Assembly: GCF_006345805.1 (NCBI RefSeq)
Contig: NW_021830455.1
Span: forward strand, 1,439 to 65,438
Reading direction: 5' to 3'
Length of the DNA: 64,000 nt
From: Octopus sinensis
Lineage: Eukaryota
The notes beneath the pieces were generated by a model. It was not told where the DNA came from and ran no database searches. It saw only the letters and a list, made by a program, of their open reading frames with translations. Positions 29,096 to 42,156 of this stretch are shown piece after piece. Positions within the stretch are counted from its first letter, which is position 1, and each line of letters begins with the position of its first letter. Made by a program: the position numbers and the translations under genes.

Positions 29096-29779
29096 CATAC
29101 GACGAGCTTTCCTCCAATTTCCGGTTATCAAATCTACTCGCAAGAGTTTTATCCGCCTGTTGCTCCACAAGACCCCTGCCTGAGATGCCACGCAGTGGGA
29201 CCGAACCCAGAGCCAGAGTTCAGAATCAATCTTCTCGCCACACAGCCACGCCTGCGCCTGAACTGAACGACAAGCAGAAGTTTGTCCGACACACTACTGA
29301 TTTTACAGCTTTCACTCATGCCAGATATTACTAAAGCATATTATACATAAAAATGCTTTGGGGAAATAAATTAGGAAAAAGAAATCTCTCATTTGAAAAA
29401 AGCTATTAAATTATTAAGTCCTTCCTTTTTAATAGTTTGTATATTCATGTTTTGAATCAAAAATAGGAAACGGATCCCCAGGCATTTTCGTACAATTTTT
29501 GATTCATGAGAAAATTTGCGCAGTTTATTTAAAACGAATAGAGCTAAGTATACTGCGATTACCCACGCTACATGAAGTATATTTGTAATTAACATTCCCT
29601 GCATTAATTAAGGTTAATTGCGAATTTTCTTTAATGAGAAGTATCAATTAAAACTTGTTCAACATTTACGAAAGCTGAGATATCTCCAAGCAGAAGCGAA
29701 ATAACTAGAGTAATTCTTGTTAATATCGGGTGATTAAAAAGTTAGCGTTGCAAACTACACGAACCCGGATTCCAACGCA

Positions 29780-29847
29780 TGCCCCGTCTCGGAATGGAAA
29801 CCACGATTCTACGACCGCGAGTCCGCTGCCCAAATCATTGGGCCATT

Positions 29848-29848
<1 letters not shown>
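29780..29848 (-). mobile_element. SINE family C head abutting (GATA)n
   Basis: Reverse complement of caatggcccaatgatttgggcagcggactcgcggtcgtag, matching 13501-13545. Confidence 0.8.
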
Positions 29849-29927
<79 letters not shown>

Positions 29928-29945
29928 TGTAGATAGATAAGTATG

Positions 29946-30035
<90 letters not shown>

Positions 30036-30834
30036 TTTGTATATGCATGTCATATGCAATGGATTGACTGGAGAGAATCATCGAGCTGCTTTGAAAACGC
30101 AAACAATAAAAATAATAAAATGTAAATCCACCCTAGCGTCAAACAACAAAATTTGACAAAAAAGAAGCCACCAAAAGCCTCTATTTTTGTGCGGTCTCTG
30201 TGTTTTGACATCGGTCTGACACAGACATAGATGGATCAAAATTGTTGATCCACGTCTTGTTGTGATGGAAAGACGACCTCGCTAGAACATTATTGTATAT
30301 ATTTGATTGGCAGAACGCCAGGAAATCTAAGCTGGAGTCCGGATATGCAAAAGTAACAGATAACACATTTGCACACATTCATGTGTAGAAATATGTACGC
30401 GAGTCTCTTTCTCTCTATATATATATTGATGTGTATGTATATATTAGGTCGACCATTGCAAAGGAAACTTCGATGAGATCTTCAGCAGGAAATCGTTTGA
30501 CTTTGACAGCCTGACAAAGACCTGTCGACATGACCAGTCAGCAAGCTTTTATAGTAAACTTCTCCTTTATATATTTGTTTGTTGGCTTTGCTTTGTCAGC
30601 AATGATAAATAAATTTGGGGGGAATGTTGTTAACAGAACGAAGGATAAGTATGGAGGCTGGATAAGATTTCATTTTTTTCCCCTTTACCTTTTGGACCAG
30701 TTTGTCTTTTTTACGGAATACACTGTCATGCGTGCACATATATAAGTATATGCGTATGTATCCGGTTAAATATACATACACATAACTATCTACTTATATA
30801 TATATATACATATACATATACATATATATATATC

Positions 30835-30867
<33 letters not shown>

Positions 30868-31375
30868 GTATGTATACGTATATATATATATATGTATATA
30901 TATATATGTATATGTATGTATATATGTATATATATGTATATATATGTATGTATATAAAATATGTGTGTATATATGTACATAGTTTTATATATATATACAG
31001 TTATATATGAGTATAAAAGAGGCAACAAGGATTAAAAGAGCATTTTTGTCGAGTAGCAGACCGTCGGCTATCTATTCTGTAAATTCTTAAGGTATCAGCT
31101 TGACAGTGGTGCTGGAATCTTCAAGAGAAATTCTTCTGGATTAAATATATTCATTGTTGATTTTTTTGTAGTTGTTCTCCTACTTCTGAGCCTTTTTCCT
31201 GCTTCCTATATTTTTTGTCATGTTTTTCGTATGCTTTTCTTGAATTGTTTATGTTTTGTTGTTTTTTTTTGCTTTTTAAATCTCTGTAAAGTTGATTGCT
31301 TTAAGTGTTTTGATTGGTTGGCCAAATGTAGCAAAGTCAATGTCTTAATGACTTTTCATCGCCGATGTCGACTCA

Positions 31376-31597
31376 ATTGTCATCATCATCATAATCATCC
31401 CCCTTCCCCTCCTCATCATCATCGTCATCATCATCATCAGCATCATGGAAATCATCGACATCATCTTCATCGTCGTCGTCAGTTATGAAAATGGATGAAA
31501 GATGAAACAAAAAGTACTCAGTTATTCTGTTGTCAGTCTGTCATATAATAAAGTAGTCGCAATCATCATCAACATCATCATCATCATCATCGGCATC

Positions 31598-31629
<32 letters not shown>

Positions 31630-31825
31630 CATTATCATCGGTAGCAGCATCATCATCAGCATCATCACCATTATCATATTTATTGCCATCCGTGTCGTCA
31701 TCATCATCATCAGCATCATCATCGTCGTCGTCGTCGTCGTCGTCGTCATCGTCGTCATCAGTTGCAAAATCCCCTTTCTCCTCCTCCTCCTCATTATTTT
31801 TATTATAGTTATCATTATTATTATT
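31376..31825. repeat. CAT/CGT/TTA trinucleotide arrays
   Basis: Directly visible. Confidence 0.9.
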
Positions 31826-31895
31826 AACAAGGTGGCAACCTGGCAGAAACGTTAGCACGCCGGGCAAGAGGCTTAACAGCATATACATATATGGC

Positions 31896-32244
31896 CACAG
31901 GACGTCACAGAACGTAAACAACATGAAATCCGAAAACAACATGGAATAAGAAATACGAAAACGTGGAATACGATATTTATGAGCGAACAACGAAAGAAAC
32001 GAATAGAAAATAAGACAAGCAATATAAAAAAAACCGACATTCCATCAGTTATCGGCTGTTGTTCTCGAAATACGGAGGAGAAAAACAGCCGACAACTGAT
32101 GAAGGGCCATTTTTATGTTGCTTATCTTGTTTTCCAGTTGTTTCATTTGTTGTTCGCAAAAATAGTTCGTATTCCATGTTTTCATATTTCGTATTTCATT
32201 TTGTTTTCGGACTTCATGGTGTTTATGTTCTGTGACGTCCTGTG
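31896..32244. repeat. ~350-bp imperfect inverted repeat (fold-back element)
   Basis: Outer ends are cacaggacgtcacagaac and gttctgtgacgtcctgtg. Inner arms are catcagttatcggctgttgttctc and gagaaaaacagccgacaactgatg, with a ~9-nt loop near 32070-32078. Confidence 0.92.
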
Positions 32245-32269
32245 CATGCATACGTATGTACATATATGT

Positions 32270-32358
<89 letters not shown>

Positions 32359-32675
32359 GTACGTATGTATATATTCATGTAAAAGTAAGATACAAGGATC
32401 CAAGTGTAGGTAGTTAATAAGCTTCGAGCTGTCTGTAATAGTTATAAAAATAAAGAACTTTCTGGAACAGAAGTGGTTTATAGAAGTTCGATAAGCTGGA
32501 AAAAGTTATTTTATCGCTCACGGTTACCAACTGGGGTTGCTATTGAGAGATACCCTTCGGTCATGAATTACTATGGGATTGCACCTAGAAAGTTACCTTC
32601 CTTAGATGTCCTTCAAAATTACATTTTACCAACTTCATAAAGTTCACATTTGACTCTGTACTCCTTAATATACTA

Positions 32676-32858
32676 CAATAATCCCTCGACTATCGTGAGA
32701 GTTAGGTTCCAAAACCTCCCACAGAAATAATCAAGATTTAAAAAGGAACCCGCGATATACTGAGGATTCCGCGATATAATTTTACATATATTAGCCATAA
32801 AAATCTGCGATGTGTTAAGTGTGCGATAGGGCAACCGCGATATGGTGAGGAATTACTG
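32676..32858. mobile_element. pogo/Tigger-like MITE
   Basis: TA|CAATAATCCCTCGACTATCG ... CGATATGGTGAGGAATTACTG|TA: TA TSD and imperfect CAGTAATCCCTC-type TIRs. Confidence 0.75.
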
Positions 32859-33359
32859 TATACCTAGGTAAAATGACAAATCGATCACACCGGAATTTAT
32901 TTGGTGCTATGTGACCCTGGTCAGTTCGATGAATGATTGAGCTACGCGATAAATAGTAGGTAATCGATCACAATAAATATTAGCTGAGAGAGAAGCGATG
33001 AAACTCAAAGTCGAAGCAATGAGTGAGATTTGAACTCGCAACGAACTCTACCAAAATATGATGACGCTTCTGAGAGTTTGAAAGTTCCGACACCGTTCGT
33101 TGTGTGAAATACTAAAAAAAAATAAGGTTAGAGAAACGGCTTGACGTAAATATAAGAAACAAAACTTATACATACATACAAACAGTTATTCATAGATACA
33201 CACTAACACACACACACCAACACACACACACATACACACACACACATACATACATATATATACATATATATACAGAGAAAGAGAGAGAGATACAGATACA
33301 CATATATATAATATATATAATATATACATATATAATACAGATACCTATATTATATACAT

Positions 33360-33402
<43 letters not shown>

Positions 33403-33751
33403 CATACACGCACACATATATATATAATGTATGGATAAAGATATACTTGAATTCTGATATTTTTATGATTATTGATAACGTTTTCTTTTTCTTTTTCTTC
33501 TTTTTTTTGTATTTAACAGTAAGGCTAGAGTTGGTGAATTTGGGAAAAAATCCCTAAAAGTATGGAACACACACATAATGTGAAAGGTCATTCGTATTTT
33601 ATTCGGACTTGGAAAATGAATGACCTTTGCCACCTTCCATAATATTCCATCTTGTTTTCAAACGTTTGTGTGTATGTTTTTTTGTTCCTTTTCAATTTGA
33701 AAAGCAGAATGTTGAAAAATACTCCATATATACAAACCTACATATGCATAC

Positions 33752-33848
<97 letters not shown>

Positions 33849-33875
33849 GTATGTATGTATATATATATATGTATG

Positions 33876-33944
<69 letters not shown>

Positions 33945-34386
33945 TATACATAGTATTTTTTGCCATATAAAAGGGTTCAAATATTTTGTATTTGGGAAAA
34001 GGCGCATGCCATTCTATTGTGAAGAATTGTGTTGATATACGCCTCTTGATGTGTGTGCGAGTTTTTTTCTTTGTTTGGTTGAATGTTTGTGTGTTTGTTT
34101 GCGTGTGTTTGCGTATGAGAGGGTGTCCGTTCGTCTTCGTGTGAGAGCGCATGTGAGTTTTTGCTTAAGTTTGCTAGATAAACATAACATTTCAATATCG
34201 TTTCCAGCGATTAGAAATGGCAAAACAAACCAAATAAGATATGAGATACACGCAAGTATATGTGTGTGTGTGTGTGTATGTGTGTATTCATATATTATAT
34301 ACATAAGTATATATATTATATATATGTATATATGCATATATATATATATAAACTTACATTTATATGCACACATACGAACACAGTCG

Positions 34387-34427
<41 letters not shown>

Positions 34428-34881
34428 GTGTGCGTGCGTGTGCTTATGTATGTATATCTGTTGTCGAAGGGGGCTGGAGATTAAAATAACAATGATAGCG
34501 AAAGTTTAAAAAGTTTTATGGAACTTTGAAATATCTTCGAAATTTTCTGGCATTTTAAATTTCAACTTGGAACTTTCTAAAGGAATTCCAATATCTCACT
34601 TCCAAACGTTCTTAAAGGTTACTTAACAAAAAGCTTTTCGATAATCGAGTTGAGACCTTTCACGCCTCTTACCTCAGAATAAACAGAAAAATTCCTCCAA
34701 ACACAGACACAGTCTCATATATACACACATCTATATATACACATAAATATCTATGACTATGAATGTGTGTGCGTATGTATATATATATATATATGCATAT
34801 ACGAAAGTGTGTGCTTGTGTGAGTGTATGGTTAGGTATGTAACTTTGTGTGTAGATAGGTAGTTAGTTGTATAGAGATATT

Positions 34882-35081
34882 CATTTCAAATTTTGGTACA
34901 ATGCTAGAAATTTTGTGGTAAATTGTAAGTGGTTTGCATCGACCCCAAAGCTCAAGTGGTACTTGTATCATCGACCTTGTAAGATAATAGCAAAGCCAAC
35001 CTTGCGGGAATTTGAACTCAGAAAGCAGAAAGCAACGAAATGCCGCTAAGCATTTTTGCCCGACCTCCTCACGATTTTGCC
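34882..35081 (-). mobile_element. SINE family B, diverged
   Basis: tttcaaattttggtac...atcgacccc...ggaatttgaactcagaa...gccgctaagcatttttgcccg. Confidence 0.8.
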
Positions 35082-35197
35082 TTGATGAAATCATCAAAGA
35101 ATTGATACAAGTCAAGTTTCTGCTCAAAACGCTTTTCGTGAATTTGTGGATCGAGGGATATGCTGTAAATTGAAAAGGATTTTCATGTACATGAATA

Positions 35198-35351
35198 GGC
35201 GCAGGCCTGGTTGTGTGGTAAGAAACTTGATTACCAACAACATATTTCCGCGTTCAATCCCTCTGCGTGGTACCCTTGTCAAGTGTCTTCTACTATATTT
35301 CCGGTCCGACCAAAGCATTGCGAGTGGATTTGTTAAAGGGAAACTGAAAAC

Positions 35352-35389
<38 letters not shown>

Positions 35390-35656
35390 CATGTTCGCTT
35401 AGCGACCGGGGTGGCGTCATTTGAAGGTTAAAACAATGCGAAGCGCATTGTGACCACCGATGTGTAGCAACATCTGATAACCACGGTTAGTGTGTTTACG
35501 TCCACATGAATTAGCGAATCAGTAGAAGAGACCAATATCATAATACGTATTAGGCTATTAAAAAATATAAGTGCTGGTGTCGATTTGTTCCACTAAAACC
35601 CTTCTAACCGGTGCCCCAGCATGGCCGCAGTCAAATGACCGAAAGAAGTAATAAAA
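35198..35656 (+). mobile_element. SINE family A with a foreign ~95-bp segment in its internal TA tract
   Basis: Head and tail match family A. 35387-35481 does not match any other copy. Confidence 0.82.
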
Positions 35657-36905
35657 TATGTACATAAAAGCATTTAGAACGATCCATTAATTCCCCACCC
35701 CAGATCACACCCTTATCCCCCTTTCGTTGTCAACATGGCGCACAATACATTTTAAAGCATTCAATATTCGGTCATTCGTTTTCCTGGGAACATCAACCAT
35801 CCACACCCATTCAAATCCCACACTAATCTCTGTTGTACCGATTAATGAAAAAACACATTACATGGTCTAATCCAGTGCAGACCATAAAATACAGGATTAT
35901 CGCAGCTGGAATTATTTTTATCCTAATTCTGCCGATTCAGTATTGTCTTGACTAAGCACTAATTACAAATACCCCAGAAACATTTATTTTTCTTCTATAT
36001 TTTTCACTGTCTTTGATTTCATATCGAACCGATATACCATAAGAAGAGAATTAAATATTTTCATTTTTAATAGCTCCTTATTTTTCGTATGAAGTCCGTA
36101 TTTTCTGCTACACACCTAAGTTTTTTGGCAAGAAATCTGGTTTCGATATACATTATATAATCATTAGCTTATAGTACTGGTTGTTGAATGCACTTTATGC
36201 ATGTACTCCAATTTCAGCATCATTTAATTAGTTTTCATTTAATAATTAATTATATCTTGTTTTTGGTATTATTTAATTATATTTTATTAATTATTTTGTC
36301 ATTCATTTACGAGGATTTTTTTGATTAACAAGTTCGTTGGAAGTCCTCCATGCTTCTGTGCAGGATATAAGGGGCTGAACACGGAAATATTAAAGCTCTT
36401 AATCACTACAGAAATACATAAACAGTTTGTACCCCCTTCTAATTAATCCCCCACTCTGCGGAATGTCTTTCGGCAGCATCTGTTTCCGCTATACCCTAAG
36501 GACTAACTGCTGTATCAATTAACTTTGTTCAGAAATAGTAAAAGAAAAAAAAAATCCAAACAGTCACAGCTGCTTTATATTCTACTGAAACGAAGTCATA
36601 ATGTACTTTTAGGTTACTTATGTTTACTGTTGCTGTTCCTGTACTTAAACTTTAGTCAGATCTGATCGAGAAGCCCTCGGATAAAATTTGTCCCCAGCAG
36701 ACCAACATGTCCTTTCAAAAATCAAGGACTCCATTACTGAAAGTGTTATTTTCTATTTTCCAAAGATGCTAAGATGTGATGTAAAGCAGATAGAAATGAA
36801 ACCGCAAGGTAATATAGCACTGCGCAACAAAATCTTAAGTTTTGTTTTGTCTGGTCAGTAAGGGTTATTTCCTATTTGATTCTTTCTAGAAATCAAAAAA
36901 TAAAT

Positions 36906-37153
36906 AATTGTAGCGTGGGCAGTGTTATTAGCCATTTAAGAAACACACAAAAACTGCAAGATTCACTTCAACATTTAAATTTAATTTGCCAAAATATTTT
37001 CGTCGCTTTGAGACAGCGAGCTGCTGTCAGTGAACAGGTGGCGGTCTCAAAGCGACGAAAATATTTTGACAAATTAAATTTAAATGTTGAAGTGAATCTA
37101 ACGGTTTTTGTGTGTTTCTTAAACGGCTTGTAAACACCTTCCACGCTGCAATT
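36906..37153. repeat. ~250-bp inverted repeat (arms ~110 bp)
   Basis: gattcacttcaacatttaaatttaatttgccaaaatattttcgtcgctttgagac pairs with gtctcaaagcgacgaaaatattttgacaaattaaatttaaatgttgaagtgaatc (1 mismatch in 55), extending out to aattgtagcgtgg / ccacgctgcaatt. Confidence 0.95.
37025..37071 (+). ncRNA. Minimal type-I hammerhead-like motif with G3:C8 core variant
   Basis: UGUCA|GUGAACA|g GUGGC ggucucaaa GCGAC|GAAA AUAU UU^UGACA: 5-bp stem I, stem II with 1 mismatch, palindromic AAUAUU. Confidence 0.7.
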
Positions 37154-37929
37154 GTTTTCGTTCCAGCACACGATCTCAGATCAGGTCACTTGCTATGCAA
37201 GTATATCTCCGTAAAAAATAAATAAATAAATTTCCGTCAAATATCTCCGTAATAAATAAATAAATAACTACTATTTCCTTTAGACATTGCTTTTTGTGAG
37301 TTGGTCGTCAATGTTTTAAAACCGATCTGTTTTTTTTTTTTAATATTACATTTCAGACAGATTCAGCGCTGAGTGGCTGAAGCAGAATTAAAGTTGTACC
37401 AAATATTCTGCTCAGTACCACAGATTTGTAATATGCACAATATGAGCATAGCTGATCACGAGCAGGAGTAGTGGAGGGGCATCATAGCCATGTGTGGAGA
37501 AGGATTTTTTGCGGTTTGAATAAATGTAACAAAAGCAAAGTTTGATGGAGATGTTAGACATTTTTCAGATATTCTAGGTTTAAGCAAAGAGGAAATAACA
37601 GTTGTTACCCAAAGACAAAAACTGTGTTACACAGGGTAATTGCTGTTATTGGAGTCACTTACTTCAGCAGACATAATAATCAGTGGACGTCCTTTCATTT
37701 TTAAGAGTTGGTTTATTTCGGATGGGTTATGTCGTATTTCTTCAAGACCATACAGTGTAAATTAAGAAATATTTAGTTAGTCTAATTAGTGAACCAGTGA
37801 CGTTGAATACTAGTTCGTTGTTCAGTAGTAAGGTGATGTTCAAAATATAAACCTTTGCTTGCGTCTTTTGTTCGGTGAAAAGGCAGTGCTCCAGCATGGC
37901 CGTATTCACATGACTGAAATATGCAAAAG

Positions 37930-38820
37930 ACTACCGCCACCGCTACCACCACTTCCACCACCACCACCACCACCACCACCACCACCACCACCACCACTTC
38001 CACCACCACCACCATCATCACCACCTTCACCACCACTTTCACCACCACCGCCGCCGCCACCACCACCACCACCACCACCAACACCACCACCACTTCCACC
38101 ACCACCACCATCATCACCACCTTCACCACCACTTTCACCACCACCGCCGCCGCCACCACCACCACCACCACCACCACCACCACCACTTCCACCACCACCA
38201 TCATCACCACCTTCACCACCACTTTCACCACCACCGCCGCCGCCACCGTTGCCACTACCAAAGCCACCATCCCCACTCAAATCACACCCGTCACCTCTAC
38301 GAGTAACTGTAGCACCCCTACACGCCACACCAAGCAGTACCACCATCACCATCGCTATCACCACTGCCAGCCTGCAATACCACCATCAACACCACCATCC
38401 CCATCACTATGGTGTCAACCACCACTGCCACCACTTACAACAACATCGGCGCCACCAACATCATCACCACGAAACAATACTACCACCTCCACCACCTAAG
38501 ACAGCACCGCCACCATCTACAACAACACCGCCACTACCATCACCACCACCACCACCATCAAAACCATGCTAACAACCACCGCCACCACCGCCACCGCCGC
38601 CACCAGCTACAACAGTACTGCCACCATCTACACCAACACCGCCACCACCAACGTCAAGACCACAAACAACACCACCACCACCATCATCATCGCTACCATA
38701 CCAATCACAACCGCCACCATCTACGACAGCACCGCCACAATGTACAACAGCACCGTCACCACCAACATCACCACTGCAAAACAATACCACCACAAACACC
38801 ACCACCACCACCACCAACTA
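37930..38820. repeat. (ACC)n-derived array with a higher-order ~90-bp unit repeated three times
   Basis: The block ttccaccaccacc(acc)atcatcaccaccttcaccaccactttcaccaccaccgccgccgcc recurs near 37998, 38094 and 38187. Confidence 0.92.
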
Positions 38821-39129
38821 GTTATGAAATCGTAATTATGTGAAATTAAAAAGCCACAAAAAAGCGAGGAAAAGGTGCCGTGAATAAGCTAATCACGGCA
38901 ACCATCAGTGTTGGCGTTTGACTCCATTTCAAAGTCCACTTGATCAACAATTTTAATATCTGAAAGGATCAGTGATTCCAATAATAGATGGCGTTCGCCG
39001 ACCAACAAAATATACTGGCGTGTACCACGACCTACGCATACACACACACACGCATACATCACCTACATCACCTACATATACAGACACGCATATACATACA
39101 TGCACACATACACGCAATCGCATAGTCAC

Positions 39130-39203
<74 letters not shown>

Positions 39204-39284
39204 ATACATACATATATGTGTGTGTGTTTGTGTATACGTGTATATACATATATATATGGATATATATATATGTATATATGTACC

Positions 39285-39327
<43 letters not shown>

Positions 39328-39328
39328 A

Positions 39329-39385
<57 letters not shown>

Positions 39386-39848
39386 TATGCATATATGTAT
39401 ATATATATATATATATATATTTAGATGTATATGTAAGAGAAAGGGAGGAAGAAAAGCAGAGGGGGGAACATAAACATGTCCGTACAAATATAAAAATACA
39501 AGAGAACCACACAAACGCCCACAATTCCACACGTATATATACACGCATAGAAAAGCACACAAGCATATACCTACATACATACATGCATACATACATACGT
39601 ACACGTATACGCATATACACATGTATACATGCAAGCATAAAACTCATGTACACCAACGAATAGAAGTACGCAGATACATACACACGGACACATACGCACA
39701 TACACATTCACAGACGCAAACACGTACATATATATGTTTGCACATACACACATATACAAGCATTCTTTCTTCAGGTTTGGATGTAGTTTTGATTTATTTC
39801 TTCTATTGTATCCGTTGTTATTTTGGCGGGGGGAGGGGGGCGTTCTTT

Positions 39849-39879
<31 letters not shown>

Positions 39880-40026
39880 ATATGTGTGTGTGTTTGTTTT
39901 AATATCAACAATGAATCAATAAATAAATAAATAATAGTCGAGATCGAACAGTTTGGAAATTTTCCGATAAAAGCAATAAAATATGGAGAAAATATATAAA
40001 AAAAAAACCGCAGAAAGAAAGAAGGA

Positions 40027-40058
<32 letters not shown>

Positions 40059-40504
40059 AGGAACGAATGCGTCTCCAAGAAGACTGTCAGAAGGAACGAG
40101 AAAGACAGAGTGGAAGAGAGAGAGGAATTGGAAAGACGAAGAAATGGGGAGAGATTTACAGTTCTCGCCTCCTGGAATCTCTAAGATATTGGTGAAAATG
40201 GCTTAAAAAATAAACATATAAATGTATAATACAAGAATATCTGAAGAAAAAAAATAATATAATATAATATAATATAATATAATATAATATAATATAATAT
40301 TAATCACATGCGGTTATTAAAGTTGCAACAACTATAAAACTAGCTGGATATAGTGGAGTGTCTTTAAAGATATCATATTAAAAGAATGCTTGCTACTTGG
40401 ATATCAAAAGATCAATGAAATTTTCATTCTACCGCCCAACGCCGAATGTTTTCGGTGAAGATCGACGCAATTTAGTTCAGACCTACATTTTATGGCATTC
40501 CTGA

Positions 40505-40545
40505 TATTATTATTATTACTATTATTATTACTATCATCATCATCA

Positions 40546-40585
<40 letters not shown>

Positions 40586-40600
40586 TACTACTACTACTAC

Positions 40601-40640
<40 letters not shown>

Positions 40641-40813
40641 GTTACTATTATTATTATTATTATTACTACTATTATTATTATTATTATTATTATTATTGTT
40701 ACTATTATTATTATTATTATTATTATTGTTACTATTATTATTATTATTATTACTACTATTATTATTATTATTATTATTATTATTGTTACTATTATTATTA
40801 TTATTACTACTAC

Positions 40814-40862
<49 letters not shown>

Positions 40863-40880
40863 GTTGTTGTTTTTGTTGTA
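40505..40880. repeat. ~375-bp (TTA)n array
   Basis: Directly visible. It abuts the 3' end of the minus-strand Dong-like relic. Confidence 0.97.
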
Positions 40881-41265
40881 ATTTTTTTTCTTACTCTGGG
40901 TTATCTATGTCACGTCTCACCTTCTTCTCGCCTCTTGGAGACAGAACACTTTTCTCGACATATATGATGTTGCGAGTATTACTTCCAACTGTGTTCTTCC
41001 TATGATGTTTGGTAATTCCAGGTTTTCGTGCAAGAACATTACTTCCCATCAGTTGTTCCCGAATGCACCGACCACGATAAGTATTGAATTCAGTTTTTGA
41101 CGATCTGTTGATGTGTTTTACTTCCAGTTCTACGTTTGGACATTTTCGACTTTCTCCTTCTCTGTCTTCGCAATATTCTGGTCTGCAGTTATAAGCTACT
41201 TCGACGAAAAGGCCTATTGTTCGGACTCCTCCCGCCGTAGAATGATATTTGGTCGGTTGTCTAGT
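40881..41265 (-). mobile_element. Dong/R4-type non-LTR retrotransposon 3' relic (RLE domain)
   Basis: Minus-strand translation with frameshifts: DNRPNIIL.../LFVEVA/ITADQNIAKTEKEKVE/ELEVKHINRSSKT/SILIVVGAFG.../LELPNIIGRTQLEVILATSYMSRKVFCL, followed by a short UTR and (TAA)n. Confidence 0.8.
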
Positions 41266-41768
41266 GGAACCATCGAGGGAAGCCGCTGAGTGACCGCCTG
41301 ACTTGCTTGAAATATCAGCCCAATCTACTTACATCTCACGGAAGATATAAACAGAGGAAGGCCAAATTGGGTCGTCCTTGTTCCTGTTTATTACCAAGTT
41401 AGCTCTGATTAATTACAATTGTGAAATGGCGTTCCAGCCATGACCATTGCCATTTTTTTAGCCTTGACTATCTCGGACTACACCAATCACTGTCCTATTT
41501 TAGGCTTAAGTTTGTAATTTAGCGGAGCTTTGACTTCTATTTCTAAGATAATACGTCTCTGGTGAGGCTTACTCATTGACCTCTAGTATTTCCTCAATCT
41601 ACTGGATAATGTAATCCTAGAATTCACTGGGTCTAAAAGGATAGTCATGGTTGGATTGCAAGTTGTTCAGTCATATTTGCCTCCAGCAGCAACACGGTTG
41701 ATCATCAACGATCCATAATTGTTTACCACATATATTAAAATAACAATGAATCTAATTATTTCAGTATA

Positions 41769-42156
41769 GGCGCAGGAGCGGCTGTGTGGTAAGTAGCTTG
41801 CTTACCAACCACATGGTTCCAGGTTCAGTCCCACTGCGTGACACCTTGGGCAAGTGTCTTCTGCTATAGCCTCGGGCCGACCAAAGCCTTGTGAGTGGAT
41901 TTGGTAGACGGAAACTGAAAGAAGCCCGTCGTATATATGTATATATATGTGTGTCTGTGTTTGTCCCCCCGACATCGCTTGACAAAGGACGCCTGTGTGT
42001 TTACGTCCCGGTAACTTAGCGGTTAGGCAAAAGAGACCGATAGAATAAGTACTGGGCTTACAAAGAATAAGTCCTGGGGTCGATTTGCTCGACTAAAGGC
42101 GGTGCTCCAGCAAGGCCGCAGTCAAATAACTGAAACAAGTAAAAGAGTAAAAGAGA
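41769..42156 (+). mobile_element. SINE family A, full length, young
   Basis: Complete head-microsatellite-tail structure ending (GAGTAAAA)n. AGTATA(GG) occurs at both ends as a possible TSD. Confidence 0.95.

Noticed and set aside
37859-38843. Extensin-, mucin- or Gly-rich-looking ORFs
   Set aside because: They are artefacts of the (ACC)n array. The 37859 ORF starts in a SINE tail.
40492-40881. Poly-Leu signal-peptide-like ORF
   Set aside because: It is the (TTA)n microsatellite.
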